Source: an uncultured Spirochaetaceae bacterium (GTDB taxonomy: Bacteria; Myxococcota_A; UBA9160; UBA4427). From it: 64,000 nt of DNA. Below, piece after piece: positions 18,237 to 27,701 of this stretch (position 1 is the first letter of the stretch; every line of letters starts with the position of its first letter). A program made the translations under genes and the position numbers. The stretch covers positions 5,744 through 69,743 of the forward strand of contig CAZETS010000016.1 in NCBI GenBank assembly GCA_964515335.1, written 5' to 3'. Under the pieces are notes generated by a model. It was given only the letters and a program-made list of their open reading frames with translations. It was not told the DNA's origin and searched no databases.

Positions 18237-18995
18237 CTACCGGGTGCCGACGGGCCTCGTGTCCGCGTTGCGCGAAGCAGACGGGGCGGCGCCACGCCGG
18301 CTCGACAGGCCGCGGAACAGCAGGTCGACGCCGGTCTGGATGTTCGTGCGACAGGCGTCGGAGTCGACGAGCCCGTTCGCCCAGGCGACGCGCGCCCCCT
18401 GCGTGACGTGGAAGATGACCCGCGCGGCCTCGAGGACGTCGACGTCGCGGGCGAGGTCCTTGCGCATCCGTCCCATCTGCAGGATCTCGAGCAGCAGGCC
18501 CACCGTGCGGTCGTTCAGCGCCAGCACCTGGCGCGCGACCCTGGCCTCGGGCTTGGTGGTCGAGCGCAGCGCGATCATCGTCAGGTCGCGGTCGGCCACG
18601 AGCAGCGTGTGCTGATGATCGAGGAAGGCGCGGACCCGCTCACTCGTCGGCCCGCGCCGGTCGTCGCCTTCGCGGAAGCGGCGCCAGGCCTCGTCCTGCA
18701 GCAGGGCGAGCTCGTCGATCAGCAGCTCCTCCTTGCTGCGGACGTGGCGGTAGATGGAGCTCGCCCCCATCCCGGCACGCTCCGCGATAGCGCGGAGCGT
18801 GGCGTTGTCGAAGCCCTTCTCGTCGAAGAGCGCACGAGCAGCCTCGCGGATGCGGGCGCGGCTGCGCCGTCCGCGTACGAGTCGGCCGTCGTCGGGCCGC
18901 AATGCGTCCCGATTCGACGAGGACCTCCGGGCGCCCTTGCGGACGTCCGGCCGACTCACGAGGCCCCCCGCCCTCGCGTCGCCCATGCTCGCCAT
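18237..18995 (-). CDS. TetR/AcrR-family transcriptional regulator
   Basis: HTH segment IREAARALFDEKGFDNATLRAIAERAGMGASSIYRHVRSKEEL. Confidence 0.9.
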   Translation of the reverse strand: MASMGDARAGGLVSRPDVRKGARRSSSNRDALRPDDGRLVRGRRSRARIREAARALFDEKGFDNATLRAIAERAGMGASSIYRHVRSKEELLIDELALLQDEAWRRFREGDDRRGPTSERVRAFLDHQHTLLVADRDLTMIALRSTTKPEARVARQVLALNDRTVGLLLEILQMGRMRKDLARDVDVLEAARVIFHVTQGARVAWANGLVDSDACRTNIQTGVDLLFRGLSSRRGAAPSASRNADTRPVGTR

Positions 18996-19217
18996 TTCGC
19001 CGCTCTAGGATCGCATACACGACCCGGATTGCCATGGGGCGGCTCGAAGGGGACTTTTCACCCCGGAATCCGGCCGGCACCCCGGAAACTGCCAGCCCGG
19101 GGCAGAACGAGAAGGGCCGGACCGGGTGATGACCCGGCCCGGCCCTCTCAGCCTCAGCGCGCTGAAACCCTTCCCAGACGTTTGAAGCGCGCACTCGATC
19201 GGATCGTGGCGACCGGA

Positions 19218-19235
19218 CGCGACGTCGACGTCGCG
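19218..19235. repeat. Perfect 18-bp palindrome CGCGACGTCGACGTCGCG (candidate operator)
   Basis: Read directly from the sequence. It lies in the 362-bp lower-GC spacer upstream of the TetR gene. Confidence 0.6.
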
Positions 19236-19357
19236 GGGCCTACCAGAATCCACGCGGCATTGTAGACGTTCGGCGCGACACATTTGTGAGTTATCAGCAC
19301 CGAAACCGACAGAATTCCCCACAGGGGCATCACCCATCGGCAAGTGCTGCGCAGTAC

Positions 19358-20164
19358 TCAGAGCAGCCTGGTCGGATCCTCGAGCCGCTCCTTGATGCCG
19401 GCCATCGTGATGGCCGCATACAGGCCGTCGGCCACCCGCTCGTCGTAGCTGTACTTCACCTCGACGACCCGCGTGCCGTCGCCCCGCTCGCGCACGCGTC
19501 CCAGGGTCGCGAAGATCGAGCACGTCCCGTACTCCCAGAGGTGGTGGTAGCCGGCGTCGAGCCCCACCGAGCCGAGGTTGGCGACGAAGATCGAAGCGAA
19601 CATCGGATCGTCCTCCGTCATCCCGCGAGTGAGCAGCCCCAGCCGATCTGCCAGCCGGAGCATCCGGAGCCCCGCCCGCACGAAGGGGACGGGCAGGCGC
19701 AGCAGCAGGTTCACCTCCTTGTCGGCCGTGCTCTGCTTGCCGCGGCGCCGCTCGAGCAGCTCGTCGCGCAGCGCGTCCACCATCTCGAGCAGGCCCTCGC
19801 CGTGCTCGAAGGCGCGCTTGACCGTGAGCACCGGCGCACCGTCGATCAGCTCCTGCTTGGCGCTGAAGGTGATCCACACGCCATTGCGCTGATAGACGCG
19901 ACCGCCCGAGACGAAGCGGTTGACGCCCGGCCGCTCGTGGAAGGCGATCGAGACGCTGCGCAGATACAGGTGGAAGAGCGTGATCCGGCGATCCGGGGGG
20001 CGATTCGCGTTCTGCTCGTCGATGAAGCGCAGCGCGGTGTCGATCTCGATCTCGGTCGAGTAGTAGACGAGCGAAGCGTTGCGCCCGGGTGAGAGGAACG
20101 GCAGGAAACGCTGGGTGGTGGAGAGGTCCGCCACCTCGATTCCGTCTGCCCTGCGCCCGAACAT
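19358..20164 (-). CDS. Stand-alone 2-oxoacid-dehydrogenase E2 / CAT-fold acyltransferase-like protein
   Basis: Internal ATG at 20164 (MFGRRADG...). The C-terminal SYDERVADGLYAAITMAGIKERLEDP aligns with the E2 catalytic motif DHRxxDG...LEDP, but with Glu in place of His. Confidence 0.7.
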   Translation of the reverse strand: MFGRRADGIEVADLSTTQRFLPFLSPGRNASLVYYSTEIEIDTALRFIDEQNANRPPDRRITLFHLYLRSVSIAFHERPGVNRFVSGGRVYQRNGVWITFSAKQELIDGAPVLTVKRAFEHGEGLLEMVDALRDELLERRRGKQSTADKEVNLLLRLPVPFVRAGLRMLRLADRLGLLTRGMTEDDPMFASIFVANLGSVGLDAGYHHLWEYGTCSIFATLGRVRERGDGTRVVEVKYSYDERVADGLYAAITMAGIKERLEDPTRLL

Positions 20165-20247
20165 CGCCCGCACCGCCCCCCGCCCCGCGCCGGGGCCTCC
20201 CCCATAGGGTGACCGATTCGTGGCGCGGCGAAAGCGTCTTGCTCCGC

Positions 20248-20829
20248 TCAGGCCGCGGGGCGCCAGAGCAGGCGCACCTCGACACCGAAGAGCCGCTGCG
20301 AGCCGATCGGAGCGAAGCCGAAGCGGCCGTAGAAGTGGACGAGCTCGGCCCGGTCGGTTTCCAGATAGGCGGGCAGCGATGCCGCGTCCACCTCCTCGAG
20401 CCAGTCGGCCACCAGCCCGGCGCCACGTCCGGCTCCCTGCTCTTCGGGCGCGACACCGAGCAGTGCGAGGTAGCAGTGCGGCTCTGCGGGATGCACGGTC
20501 TGGAGGGCGTCGAAGACCTGCCCCCAACGCCGCGCCGTCGACGGCCCCTGGCCGAGCAGCACGCGCAACTGCTCGAAGACCGGTGGCGGCGGCAGCGGCC
20601 AGCTGCCCGGCGCCATGGCGATCAGTCCGCCGGCCGGCCGGCCTCCGGCGTCGCCCGCCACCAGCACCCGGCAGCCGCCGCTCGCCGCGGCCAGCGTCGC
20701 CCGCATGCCGGCGCGATTCGAGCGGACGCGGAGGCGAGCGCTTCCGCCGATCACGGCCCTGTTCAGCGGATTGTCGCGGAACGCCCGCGCGAGCACGTCG
20801 GCAAGGGCGGACCGCTCGCCGCGCGCCAT
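20248..20829 (-). CDS. GNAT-family N-acetyltransferase
   Basis: Internal ATG at 20829. Motif A is LLGVAPEEQGAGRGAGL, and the C-terminus has HFYGRFGF. Confidence 0.85.
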   Translation of the reverse strand: MARGERSALADVLARAFRDNPLNRAVIGGSARLRVRSNRAGMRATLAAASGGCRVLVAGDAGGRPAGGLIAMAPGSWPLPPPPVFEQLRVLLGQGPSTARRWGQVFDALQTVHPAEPHCYLALLGVAPEEQGAGRGAGLVADWLEEVDAASLPAYLETDRAELVHFYGRFGFAPIGSQRLFGVEVRLLWRPAA

Positions 20830-21126
20830 CGGTCGGGTCGTCGTCACCTGCGTCAATCTACCCCTTCCCCTGGGTCCCCTGGCCCTGGATCCCCTGGCCC
20901 TCGCCCCCGACTCCGACGGGCTCGCGCCCCGCCCCTGCGCGGCCGAGCGGAAAACCGACGACAGTATGCCCTGCATCCATTTTGGGGGTTAAAGACCCCA
21001 TATGTGAACCGCGGCAGGCTGCGGCGTGGCGTGTGACCCGGCGCTTCGGGGGCCTGACGGCCGCCCGGCGCACCTCGTTACACTCGGGCCCCGACCCGGC
21101 CGAAACATCGGCAGGGAGACCCCGCG

Positions 21127-22821
21127 TTGCGCGACTCGAACCGAATCGTCTGCCGGCTGCGCTACGAGGCGGAGCGACCCGAGGACGACTGCATCTTCGT
21201 CATCGAAGATCGCACCATGACCCTCGGCCGCGCCGCCGAATGCGACCTGGTGCTCAACCACGAGAGCGTCTCGCGCGCCCACGCTCGCCTCAGCCGTGAC
21301 GGTGGCGCCTGGCGGATCGAGGATCTCGGCAGCAAGAACGGCATCCGGGTGAACACGTTCCGGGTGGACGCCCAGCAGCTTCGGGACGGGGACCGGATCG
21401 ACCTCGGCACCGCGCGCCTGTACGTCGAGATCGGCCCGCTCGGCGGCGTGGCGAGCCCGGCCAACGTAGTGATCTCCGAGCAAGAACAGCCCTCGCTTCA
21501 CACCGAGGTGCTCGAGCTCTCCGAGCTGTCGTCGCTGTTGGCGGCGCCCGAGGCGGGCGACCGGGCAGCCACCGGCCGGGGCGCGGTCGAACGGGCGGCG
21601 GCCGAGAGCTCGGATCTTTCGCAGAGCCTCGCCCGGGTCGGCGAGGTCCAGGCCGGGGAAGCCGCCGCCAAGCTGCTGCGCATCGTGGGCGAGGCCGCCG
21701 AGGCGCTGATCAGCTGCGACAGCCTCGACGAGACCCTCGACCGCATCCTGTCGCTGGTCTTCGGCAACCTGCCGGCGGAGCGCGGTGTGATCTGCCTCTA
21801 CGACGAGGCCAGCCGCCGCACCGAGCCGAAGGTGATGCGCACCCTCGACGGCATTCCCGACCAGCCGATCCACATCAGCAGCAACATCGTGCGCCACGTG
21901 CTCGACAAGAAGCAGGCGTTGATCGTCAGCGACACCCAGACGGACGAGCGCTTCGGCACCGCAGAGAGCGTGATCACGATGCAGATCCACTCGGTGATGT
22001 GCGCGCCGCTGTACCGCGACGGGCGCGCCGCGGGCTTCATCTACACAGATCGCCAGACGAGCAGCGCGCCCTTCGACCTGCCCGACCTGCACGTGCTGAG
22101 CGCGCTCGCCATGCTGTCGGCGGTGGCGATCGAGACGGCCGCGCTGCGCGACAGCATCCGCCACGAGCAGGAACTGCGGGCCCGGCTCGCGCGCTACAGC
22201 TCGCCGGCCGTGGTCGAGCAGATCCTGCGGGCGTCGTCGCCCACCGGGCATGACATGTCGGCGGACGAGCGTGACGTGACGGTGCTCTTCGCCGACCTGA
22301 AGGGCTTCACCTCGATGGCCGAGAACATGCGCTCGGCCGAGGTGATCCGCATCCTCAACCGTGTCTTCGAGCGGCTCACCGCGGTGGTCTTCGATCTCGA
22401 GGGCACGCTGGACAAGTTCCGCGGCGACGGCATGATGGCGTTCTTCGGCGCGCCGCTGACCATGCCGGACCACGCCGCCCGCGCCGTGGAGGCGGCGCTT
22501 CGCATGCAGGAATCGCTCGCCGAGCTGAACGAGCGGCACAAGAGCCTGCGCGATCTGCGCATGCGCATCGGCATCAACTCGGGGCCGGTGGTCGTGGGCG
22601 ACATCGGGTCGCCCCAGCGCAAGGACTACACGGTGATCGGCGACGTGGTCAACATCGCCAGCCGACTCGAGTCTTTCGTGGCGGGGCCTGGCGAGGTCGT
22701 GGTCGGGCGTGACACCTGGGAGCGCATCGAGGATCGGTTCGCGGGCGAGCCGCTCGAGGCGGTCCAGGTGAAGGGGAAGCAGCAGAGCGTGCATCCCTGG
22801 CGGGTGGTGGGGCGGCGCTAG
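21127..22821 (+). CDS. FHA - GAF - class III adenylate/guanylate cyclase
   Basis: FHA domain: LGRAAECDLVLNHESVSRAHARL...GSKNGIRVN. The central GAF-like region contains SDTQTDERF. Cyclase domain: VTVLFADLKGFTS...FRGDGMMAFFGAP...VIGDVVNIASRLE. The start is TTG. Confidence 0.88.
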   Translation: MRDSNRIVCRLRYEAERPEDDCIFVIEDRTMTLGRAAECDLVLNHESVSRAHARLSRDGGAWRIEDLGSKNGIRVNTFRVDAQQLRDGDRIDLGTARLYVEIGPLGGVASPANVVISEQEQPSLHTEVLELSELSSLLAAPEAGDRAATGRGAVERAAAESSDLSQSLARVGEVQAGEAAAKLLRIVGEAAEALISCDSLDETLDRILSLVFGNLPAERGVICLYDEASRRTEPKVMRTLDGIPDQPIHISSNIVRHVLDKKQALIVSDTQTDERFGTAESVITMQIHSVMCAPLYRDGRAAGFIYTDRQTSSAPFDLPDLHVLSALAMLSAVAIETAALRDSIRHEQELRARLARYSSPAVVEQILRASSPTGHDMSADERDVTVLFADLKGFTSMAENMRSAEVIRILNRVFERLTAVVFDLEGTLDKFRGDGMMAFFGAPLTMPDHAARAVEAALRMQESLAELNERHKSLRDLRMRIGINSGPVVVGDIGSPQRKDYTVIGDVVNIASRLESFVAGPGEVVVGRDTWERIEDRFAGEPLEAVQVKGKQQSVHPWRVVGRR

Positions 22822-23504
22822 GCGTCGGTCAGCCAGGCGAGGGCGCGTTGCAGCGACCGCTGGGCATCGTCCTCGAGAACGTCGCCGTGGGAGACGATGA
22901 TGCGGTCGAACTCCCAGCCCAGCACGCGCTCGGCAGAGCTGCGGGCGGCGGCGCGGTCGCGGACGAGCAGGCGCATCAGGCGCGAGGTCGAGAAGCCGCC
23001 GTGGACGCCGGTCAGCCGGAAGAACAGCCGGGTGCGAAGGGACGCGGGACGGGCGACGTTGAAGGCGAGGTCGGTCAGGATCAGCGTGCGGCTCGGCCGG
23101 TGCAGGAAGGCGACCTCGTTCAGCCGCGGCGCGCCGGCCACGAGGCACTGATCGAGATCGGCCGACCACGCCGGCGGCGGCTCGTCGCCGAGCTCGGCGG
23201 TGAACGAGAGCTGCTGCTTGGCGGCCAGACCGGGCGCCAGGTGGATCTCGGCGCTCTGCCACGCCTTCGCGTTCTCGGCGACGAAGAGATGGTGGTAGGC
23301 GTTCGGCGCCACGATGAAGCGCACGGGCCCGATCTCTTCGATCTGCTCGGCGAGCGAGACCGAGAGCGGCCCCGGCGAGTGCATGAAGACGCCGCCGTCC
23401 GAGAGCCGCACGAGCGTCGTGCGGGTCCCGATCGCGATGCCGCCGGGCATCGTGAAGTCGGGGTGGTCGACCACCCAGATCGCATCGTCGAGCTGTCGTA
23501 GCAA
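22818..23504 (-). CDS. DUF4336-family protein (metallo-beta-lactamase-like fold)
   Basis: IWVVDHPDFTMPGGIAIGTRTTLVRLSDGGVFMHSP...IVAPNAYHHLF. TTG 23504 follows GGAGAA and gives the family-typical length of about 228 aa. The track start at 23651 is probably too long. Confidence 0.7.
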   Translation of the reverse strand: MLRQLDDAIWVVDHPDFTMPGGIAIGTRTTLVRLSDGGVFMHSPGPLSVSLAEQIEEIGPVRFIVAPNAYHHLFVAENAKAWQSAEIHLAPGLAAKQQLSFTAELGDEPPPAWSADLDQCLVAGAPRLNEVAFLHRPSRTLILTDLAFNVARPASLRTRLFFRLTGVHGGFSTSRLMRLLVRDRAAARSSAERVLGWEFDRIIVSHGDVLEDDAQRSLQRALAWLTDA

Positions 23505-23684
23505 GGCTTCTCCGTCCTCGAGCAGGCGTCGCCACCGGGCGGACCCAGTGTAGGAGCCCGTCGCGCCGGCGAACAGCCACGCACGCAGGGCGGGATTCGT
23601 GGGATAGGCTCTCCGTGCTTCGCGCTGCGCGCCCCCCGGCTCGCCGCGCACGTCTCACGACCGAATCGCGAGGAGGCCGACCCG

Positions 23685-24881
23685 ATGACCCACAACGCCG
23701 AGATCGCCGCGCGCTTCGCCGACGTGCTGACGCCGAACTACCGCCCGCAGCCGATCGCGCTGGTGCGGGGCGAAGGCTGCCACCTCTTCGATGCCGACGA
23801 CCGCCGCTACCTCGACATGATGGGCGGCATCGCGACCGCGGTGCTGGGCCACTGTCATCCGAGGGTCGTGGCCGCCCTCGAGCAGCAAGCGCACCGCCTC
23901 TGGCACGTCTCCAACCTCTACGCGACGGAGCCCCAGGTGGAGCTGGCCGAACGGCTCGTCCGGCACTGCTTCGCCGATCGCGTCTTCTTCTCGAACTCCG
24001 GCGCCGAGGCCAATGAGGCCGCCCTCAAGCTGGCGCGGCGGTACCACCGCGAGCGGGGCGAAGACCGCTTCGAGATCGTCGCGTTCGAGGGCGGCTTTCA
24101 CGGGCGCACGCTCTTCACCGTCAGCGCCACCGGCACACCGGCCTACTGGAAGGGCTTCGAGCCGATGGTGCCCGGCATCCACCACGCCCCCTACGGCGAC
24201 GTCGAGGCGACCCGCGCGCTGCTCTCCGAACGCACCGCGGCGGTGATCGTCGAGCCCGTGCAGGGCGAGGCCGGCGTCCGGCCGGCGCCGGAAGGGTTCC
24301 TCGCGGCGCTGCGCTCGCTCTGCGACGAGAACGGCTGCCTGCTGATCTTCGACGAGGTGCAGACCGGCGTCGGGCGCACGGGACCGCTCTTCGCCCACGA
24401 GCGTGACGCTGTCGAGCCCGACGTGATGACCCTCGCCAAGGCGCTCGGCAACGGGATCCCGATCGGCGCCATGCTGACCCGGGCCGAGGTGGCCGAAGCG
24501 CTGGTGCCCGGCACCCACGCCTCCACGTTCGGCGGCAATCCGCTGGCCGCCGCCTGCGCGTGCGCGGTGATCGACGAGTTGACCCGGGGCGGCGTGCTCG
24601 AGCGCGCCCGCAAGGTCGGCGAGCACCTGGGGGCGCGGCTCTCGGCGCTCGCGCAGCGGCTGGGCGCCGAGCGTGTCACGGAGGTCCGCGGCCTCGGACA
24701 CCTGCGCGCCGTCGAGCTGCCGGGGCCGGCGGCGCCGGTGATCGATCGCTGTCGCGAGGCCGGCGTGCTCGTGATCGCCGCCGGCGAGCGCAACGTCCGG
24801 ATCGCTCCGCCGCTGATCATCACCGCCGAGCAGGTCGACGAGGGCGTCGATGCCCTCGAGCAGGCGATCGCAGCCGGCTGA
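23685..24881 (+). CDS. argD: Acetylornithine aminotransferase (class III PLP aminotransferase)
   Basis: FFSNSGAEANEAALKLAR, DEVQTGVGRTG and the PLP-lysine context DVMTLAKALGNG. Confidence 0.9.
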   Translation: MTHNAEIAARFADVLTPNYRPQPIALVRGEGCHLFDADDRRYLDMMGGIATAVLGHCHPRVVAALEQQAHRLWHVSNLYATEPQVELAERLVRHCFADRVFFSNSGAEANEAALKLARRYHRERGEDRFEIVAFEGGFHGRTLFTVSATGTPAYWKGFEPMVPGIHHAPYGDVEATRALLSERTAAVIVEPVQGEAGVRPAPEGFLAALRSLCDENGCLLIFDEVQTGVGRTGPLFAHERDAVEPDVMTLAKALGNGIPIGAMLTRAEVAEALVPGTHASTFGGNPLAAACACAVIDELTRGGVLERARKVGEHLGARLSALAQRLGAERVTEVRGLGHLRAVELPGPAAPVIDRCREAGVLVIAAGERNVRIAPPLIITAEQVDEGVDALEQAIAAG

Positions 24882-24893
24882 GCGCGCCGGCCG

Positions 24894-25673
24894 CTACTTC
24901 CCGGACCATTTCGGCGGCCGCTTCTCGGCGAACGCGCGCGGTCCCTCGACGAAGTCGTCGCTGCGCACCATCGCCGAGAGCTGGTCGTAGCGTCCCTCCA
25001 TCGCAGCCTCGAGGCCGCCGGTCTCGAGGCCCTGCATGGCGGCCTGCTTGCTGCCGCGCACGGAGAGCGGCGCGCACTCGACGATCTGATCAGCCCAGCC
25101 GCGCGCCGCGGCCATCAGGTCGGCCTGCGGGACGACCTCGTTCACGAAGCCGAGTTCGAGGCCCTCTGCGGCGCTCACCCGCCGGCCGGTCAGCAACATC
25201 CCCATCGCGCGCTTGAGCCCGATCTGCCGCGGCAGGCGGTGGACGCCGCCGGCGAGCGCTGCCAGGCCCACGCGCGGCTCCGGCAGCGCGAACACCGCGT
25301 TGTCCGAGGCGACGATCAGATCGCAGGCCAGCGCGATCTCGAAGCCGCCGCCCATGGCGACGCCGTTGACGGCGGCGATCACGGGCTTCCAGTTGTCGAA
25401 ACGCGAGGTCAGGCCGGCGAAGCCCGTGGCGGGCTGCTGGACCGCCGAGCCGCCCTCCTCGGCCTGGAACTTGAGGTCGTTGCCGGCCGAGAAAGCGCGA
25501 TCGCCCGCTCCCGTGATGATCGCCACCCACAGCTCGTCGTCGGCGACGAACCCGTCGAACACTTCCGCCAGCTCGGCGTTCGCCGCCGGGTGCAGCGCGT
25601 TCATGCGCTCGGGTCGATTCATCGTGACGGTGAGGACGCGGCCGTCGCGGGCCGTCTCGCAGAACTCGGGCAT
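24894..25673 (-). CDS. Enoyl-CoA hydratase/isomerase (crotonase) family
   Basis: LTVTMNRPERMNALHP, ITGAGDRAFSAGNDLK and GGGFEIALACD. ATG 25673 is preceded by AGGAAGGAAG. Confidence 0.9.
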   Translation of the reverse strand: MPEFCETARDGRVLTVTMNRPERMNALHPAANAELAEVFDGFVADDELWVAIITGAGDRAFSAGNDLKFQAEEGGSAVQQPATGFAGLTSRFDNWKPVIAAVNGVAMGGGFEIALACDLIVASDNAVFALPEPRVGLAALAGGVHRLPRQIGLKRAMGMLLTGRRVSAAEGLELGFVNEVVPQADLMAAARGWADQIVECAPLSVRGSKQAAMQGLETGGLEAAMEGRYDQLSAMVRSDDFVEGPRAFAEKRPPKWSGK

Positions 25674-25760
25674 CGGGGGGCTTCCTTCCTTGCGCGCCTC
25701 GCGCATCGAGGAGTGGGGCGCAGGAGTCTAGCCCCCGATCACCGCAAGCGATCGTGGAAG

Positions 25761-26915
25761 TCAGGGCGGCGACTGGGAAGCGGCGGAGCTGTCCGCCACG
25801 GCCGCGATCTGCTCGGCGATCTCGCGGTAGCCGCGGCCGTTCGGGTGGTCGTCGGCCGAGCGCAGGAAGATCCGCTCGCGGCGAGCGAGGCGCCACATCG
25901 CCTCGGAGACGTCCACGTACGGAATGCCCTGCTCCTCCAGGAAGGCGTGCACTCGCGCCCGAATCACGTCCTCGGCGTCGATGATCGACTTCGCGAACTG
26001 CTCGCATTCCGAAAACGGCCCCTCCATGGGCCGGAGCAGGATCGACTCCTTGGTGGGAATCACCACGACGTGGAACTCGATGCCGCGGCTCGCCGCCATC
26101 GCGTGCATCTGCTCGATGAAGGTGAACGTCAGATCGATGCCGCCGGTCACCGCCGGATCGTCGAGGTTCATGCCCTGGAACCGGCTCTGCGGCTGGAAGA
26201 TCGTCTTGAAAGGCTCGGACGTGCGGAGCGAGCAGCCGACACCGCTGAAGAAGGCGCGCTGGTCGCCGAAGGCGTTCACCAGCTCTCCGACCGGGCCGGC
26301 CTCGATCGAGCGGAACACCATGCTGTTGACTCGCAGCCAGTCGCGCACTGCCTTGACGGGATTGTCGCGCCGCTTCGATTCCATGACGATCACTGGATGC
26401 ACCCAGTCCGGCCCGCGCTCGACGTGCTCCATGGAAGGCAGTCGCAGATCGCCCCAATAGTCGGTGTACGACACGGTGTTGTAGGAGTCGTAGAAGTCGT
26501 TGCCGAGATAGAGGCCCACAACGATCCGTTTCGGCGAGAGCGAGAGCGCGCGGTGCTCGAGCAGGTAGCGGTACTGGGCGGGCCCGTAGCCGCCGACGCC
26601 CATGTTGTAGACCTCGAGCCCGGTGATCCGGGCGTACCACGCGGGCCAGTTCTCGCTCGCGACGGCTGCGATGCCCCAGGTCTGCGAGTCGCCGATCGTG
26701 ACGACGTCGACCCGCTCGGGGACGCGCTCGTTCCGGAACCCCCACTCGTCGTGTCCGCCGCTGCCGGGCGCCACCTGCCACCCGAGCACCGGATGGGCCA
26801 CGAGATCGGGGCGCAGCAGGTCCATAGGATGGGAGACGGTGCGGAGCGCCAGCTCCATCACGACGACCGCGATGGCCACGGAGGCGACGGCGAGCAGCGG
26901 CTTCGCGAGCGACAC
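25761..26915 (-). CDS. SGNH/GDSL-family hydrolase with an N-terminal membrane anchor
   Basis: Block I is VVTIGDSQTWG and block V is DDHPNGRGYREIA. Has an N-terminal TM segment and a GTG start. Confidence 0.8.
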   Translation of the reverse strand: MSLAKPLLAVASVAIAVVVMELALRTVSHPMDLLRPDLVAHPVLGWQVAPGSGGHDEWGFRNERVPERVDVVTIGDSQTWGIAAVASENWPAWYARITGLEVYNMGVGGYGPAQYRYLLEHRALSLSPKRIVVGLYLGNDFYDSYNTVSYTDYWGDLRLPSMEHVERGPDWVHPVIVMESKRRDNPVKAVRDWLRVNSMVFRSIEAGPVGELVNAFGDQRAFFSGVGCSLRTSEPFKTIFQPQSRFQGMNLDDPAVTGGIDLTFTFIEQMHAMAASRGIEFHVVVIPTKESILLRPMEGPFSECEQFAKSIIDAEDVIRARVHAFLEEQGIPYVDVSEAMWRLARRERIFLRSADDHPNGRGYREIAEQIAAVADSSAASQSPP

Positions 26916-26998
26916 GCCGGCAAGCGTGACATCGATCGACCGTCGCGCAAGGCAGACCGCGAGGAGCAGCTACGGGACGGGCGGCGGCCCGCCCCCCG

Positions 26999-27271
26999 TC
27001 AGCCGAATCGCTGTACCAGGTAGGCGACGATGTCCGCCGACTCGGGCAGCCAGCTCACCGAGCCGTCGGGCTCCTCGATGCGCAGGACCGGCACCGTGGG
27101 CCGCCCGTTCGCAGCGATCAGCTCCCGGCTGTGTCCCTCGTCGTGCAGCACGTTCCGCAGCTCGAGGTCGAGGCCGAGCTGATCCAGCACGGCCCGCACG
27201 CGCAGGCAGTAGGGGCAGGTGTCGAAGTGATAGAGGGCCAGGCCCTCCACGGACCCGGGCGCGGCGGACAT
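26999..27271 (-). CDS. Glutaredoxin-family protein
   Basis: 90 aa starting at the internal ATG 27271. Has the CPYC active site (LYHFDTCPYCLRVR) and the TVPVL motif. Confidence 0.85.
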   Translation of the reverse strand: MSAAPGSVEGLALYHFDTCPYCLRVRAVLDQLGLDLELRNVLHDEGHSRELIAANGRPTVPVLRIEEPDGSVSWLPESADIVAYLVQRFG

Positions 27272-27521
27272 GGTGTTGCTCCGTGCAGATTGGATGGCCC
27301 TCGCGGGCGCGAACCTTAGCCCCGATTCGGAGCTCCCGTCGTCGGGGATCCGCCGCTGGTGTCGGGATACCGTCGCGACGGTGACGGCGACACGACCCTC
27401 GGGGCGCGGCCGGGCAATGTGGAAGCGGCCGGAATAGAAGCGAAATCCTGATTCGAAACACGACCCCGCCGCCCTCCACCCGGACGGCACACAGCCTGCA
27501 TCGGGTGATTCCGGGGGGAAC

Positions 27522-27701
27522 ATGATGGACGCCGTAGAGATCGAGGCACCCGAGCTCGCACAGGCCGACGAGGCCGGCACGGGCTCGCTCGTCGAGCTGA
27601 TCGTCGCCGCCTGCGACGAGAGCGAGGACCTCTGGGAGATCGGCGACCGGGTCGACGCGCTCGTCGAATCCGGGCGGTTGCAGCCCGGCGCCTTCGCCTG
27701 A
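27522..27701 (+). CDS. Small acidic hypothetical protein (59 aa), below the ORF-track size cut-off
   Basis: MMDAVEIEAPELAQADEAGTGSLVELIVAACDESEDLWEIGDRVDALVESGRLQPGAFA. GC3 is very high, and a GGGGGG tract lies 3 nt upstream of the ATG. No recognisable family. Confidence 0.45.
   Translation: MMDAVEIEAPELAQADEAGTGSLVELIVAACDESEDLWEIGDRVDALVESGRLQPGAFA

Noticed and set aside
20860-20915. Direct repeat TCCCCTGGCCCT (two copies) upstream of the GNAT gene as a regulatory array.
   Set aside because: There are only two short pyrimidine-rich copies in a GC-rich spacer. This cannot be distinguished from chance low complexity without comparative data.
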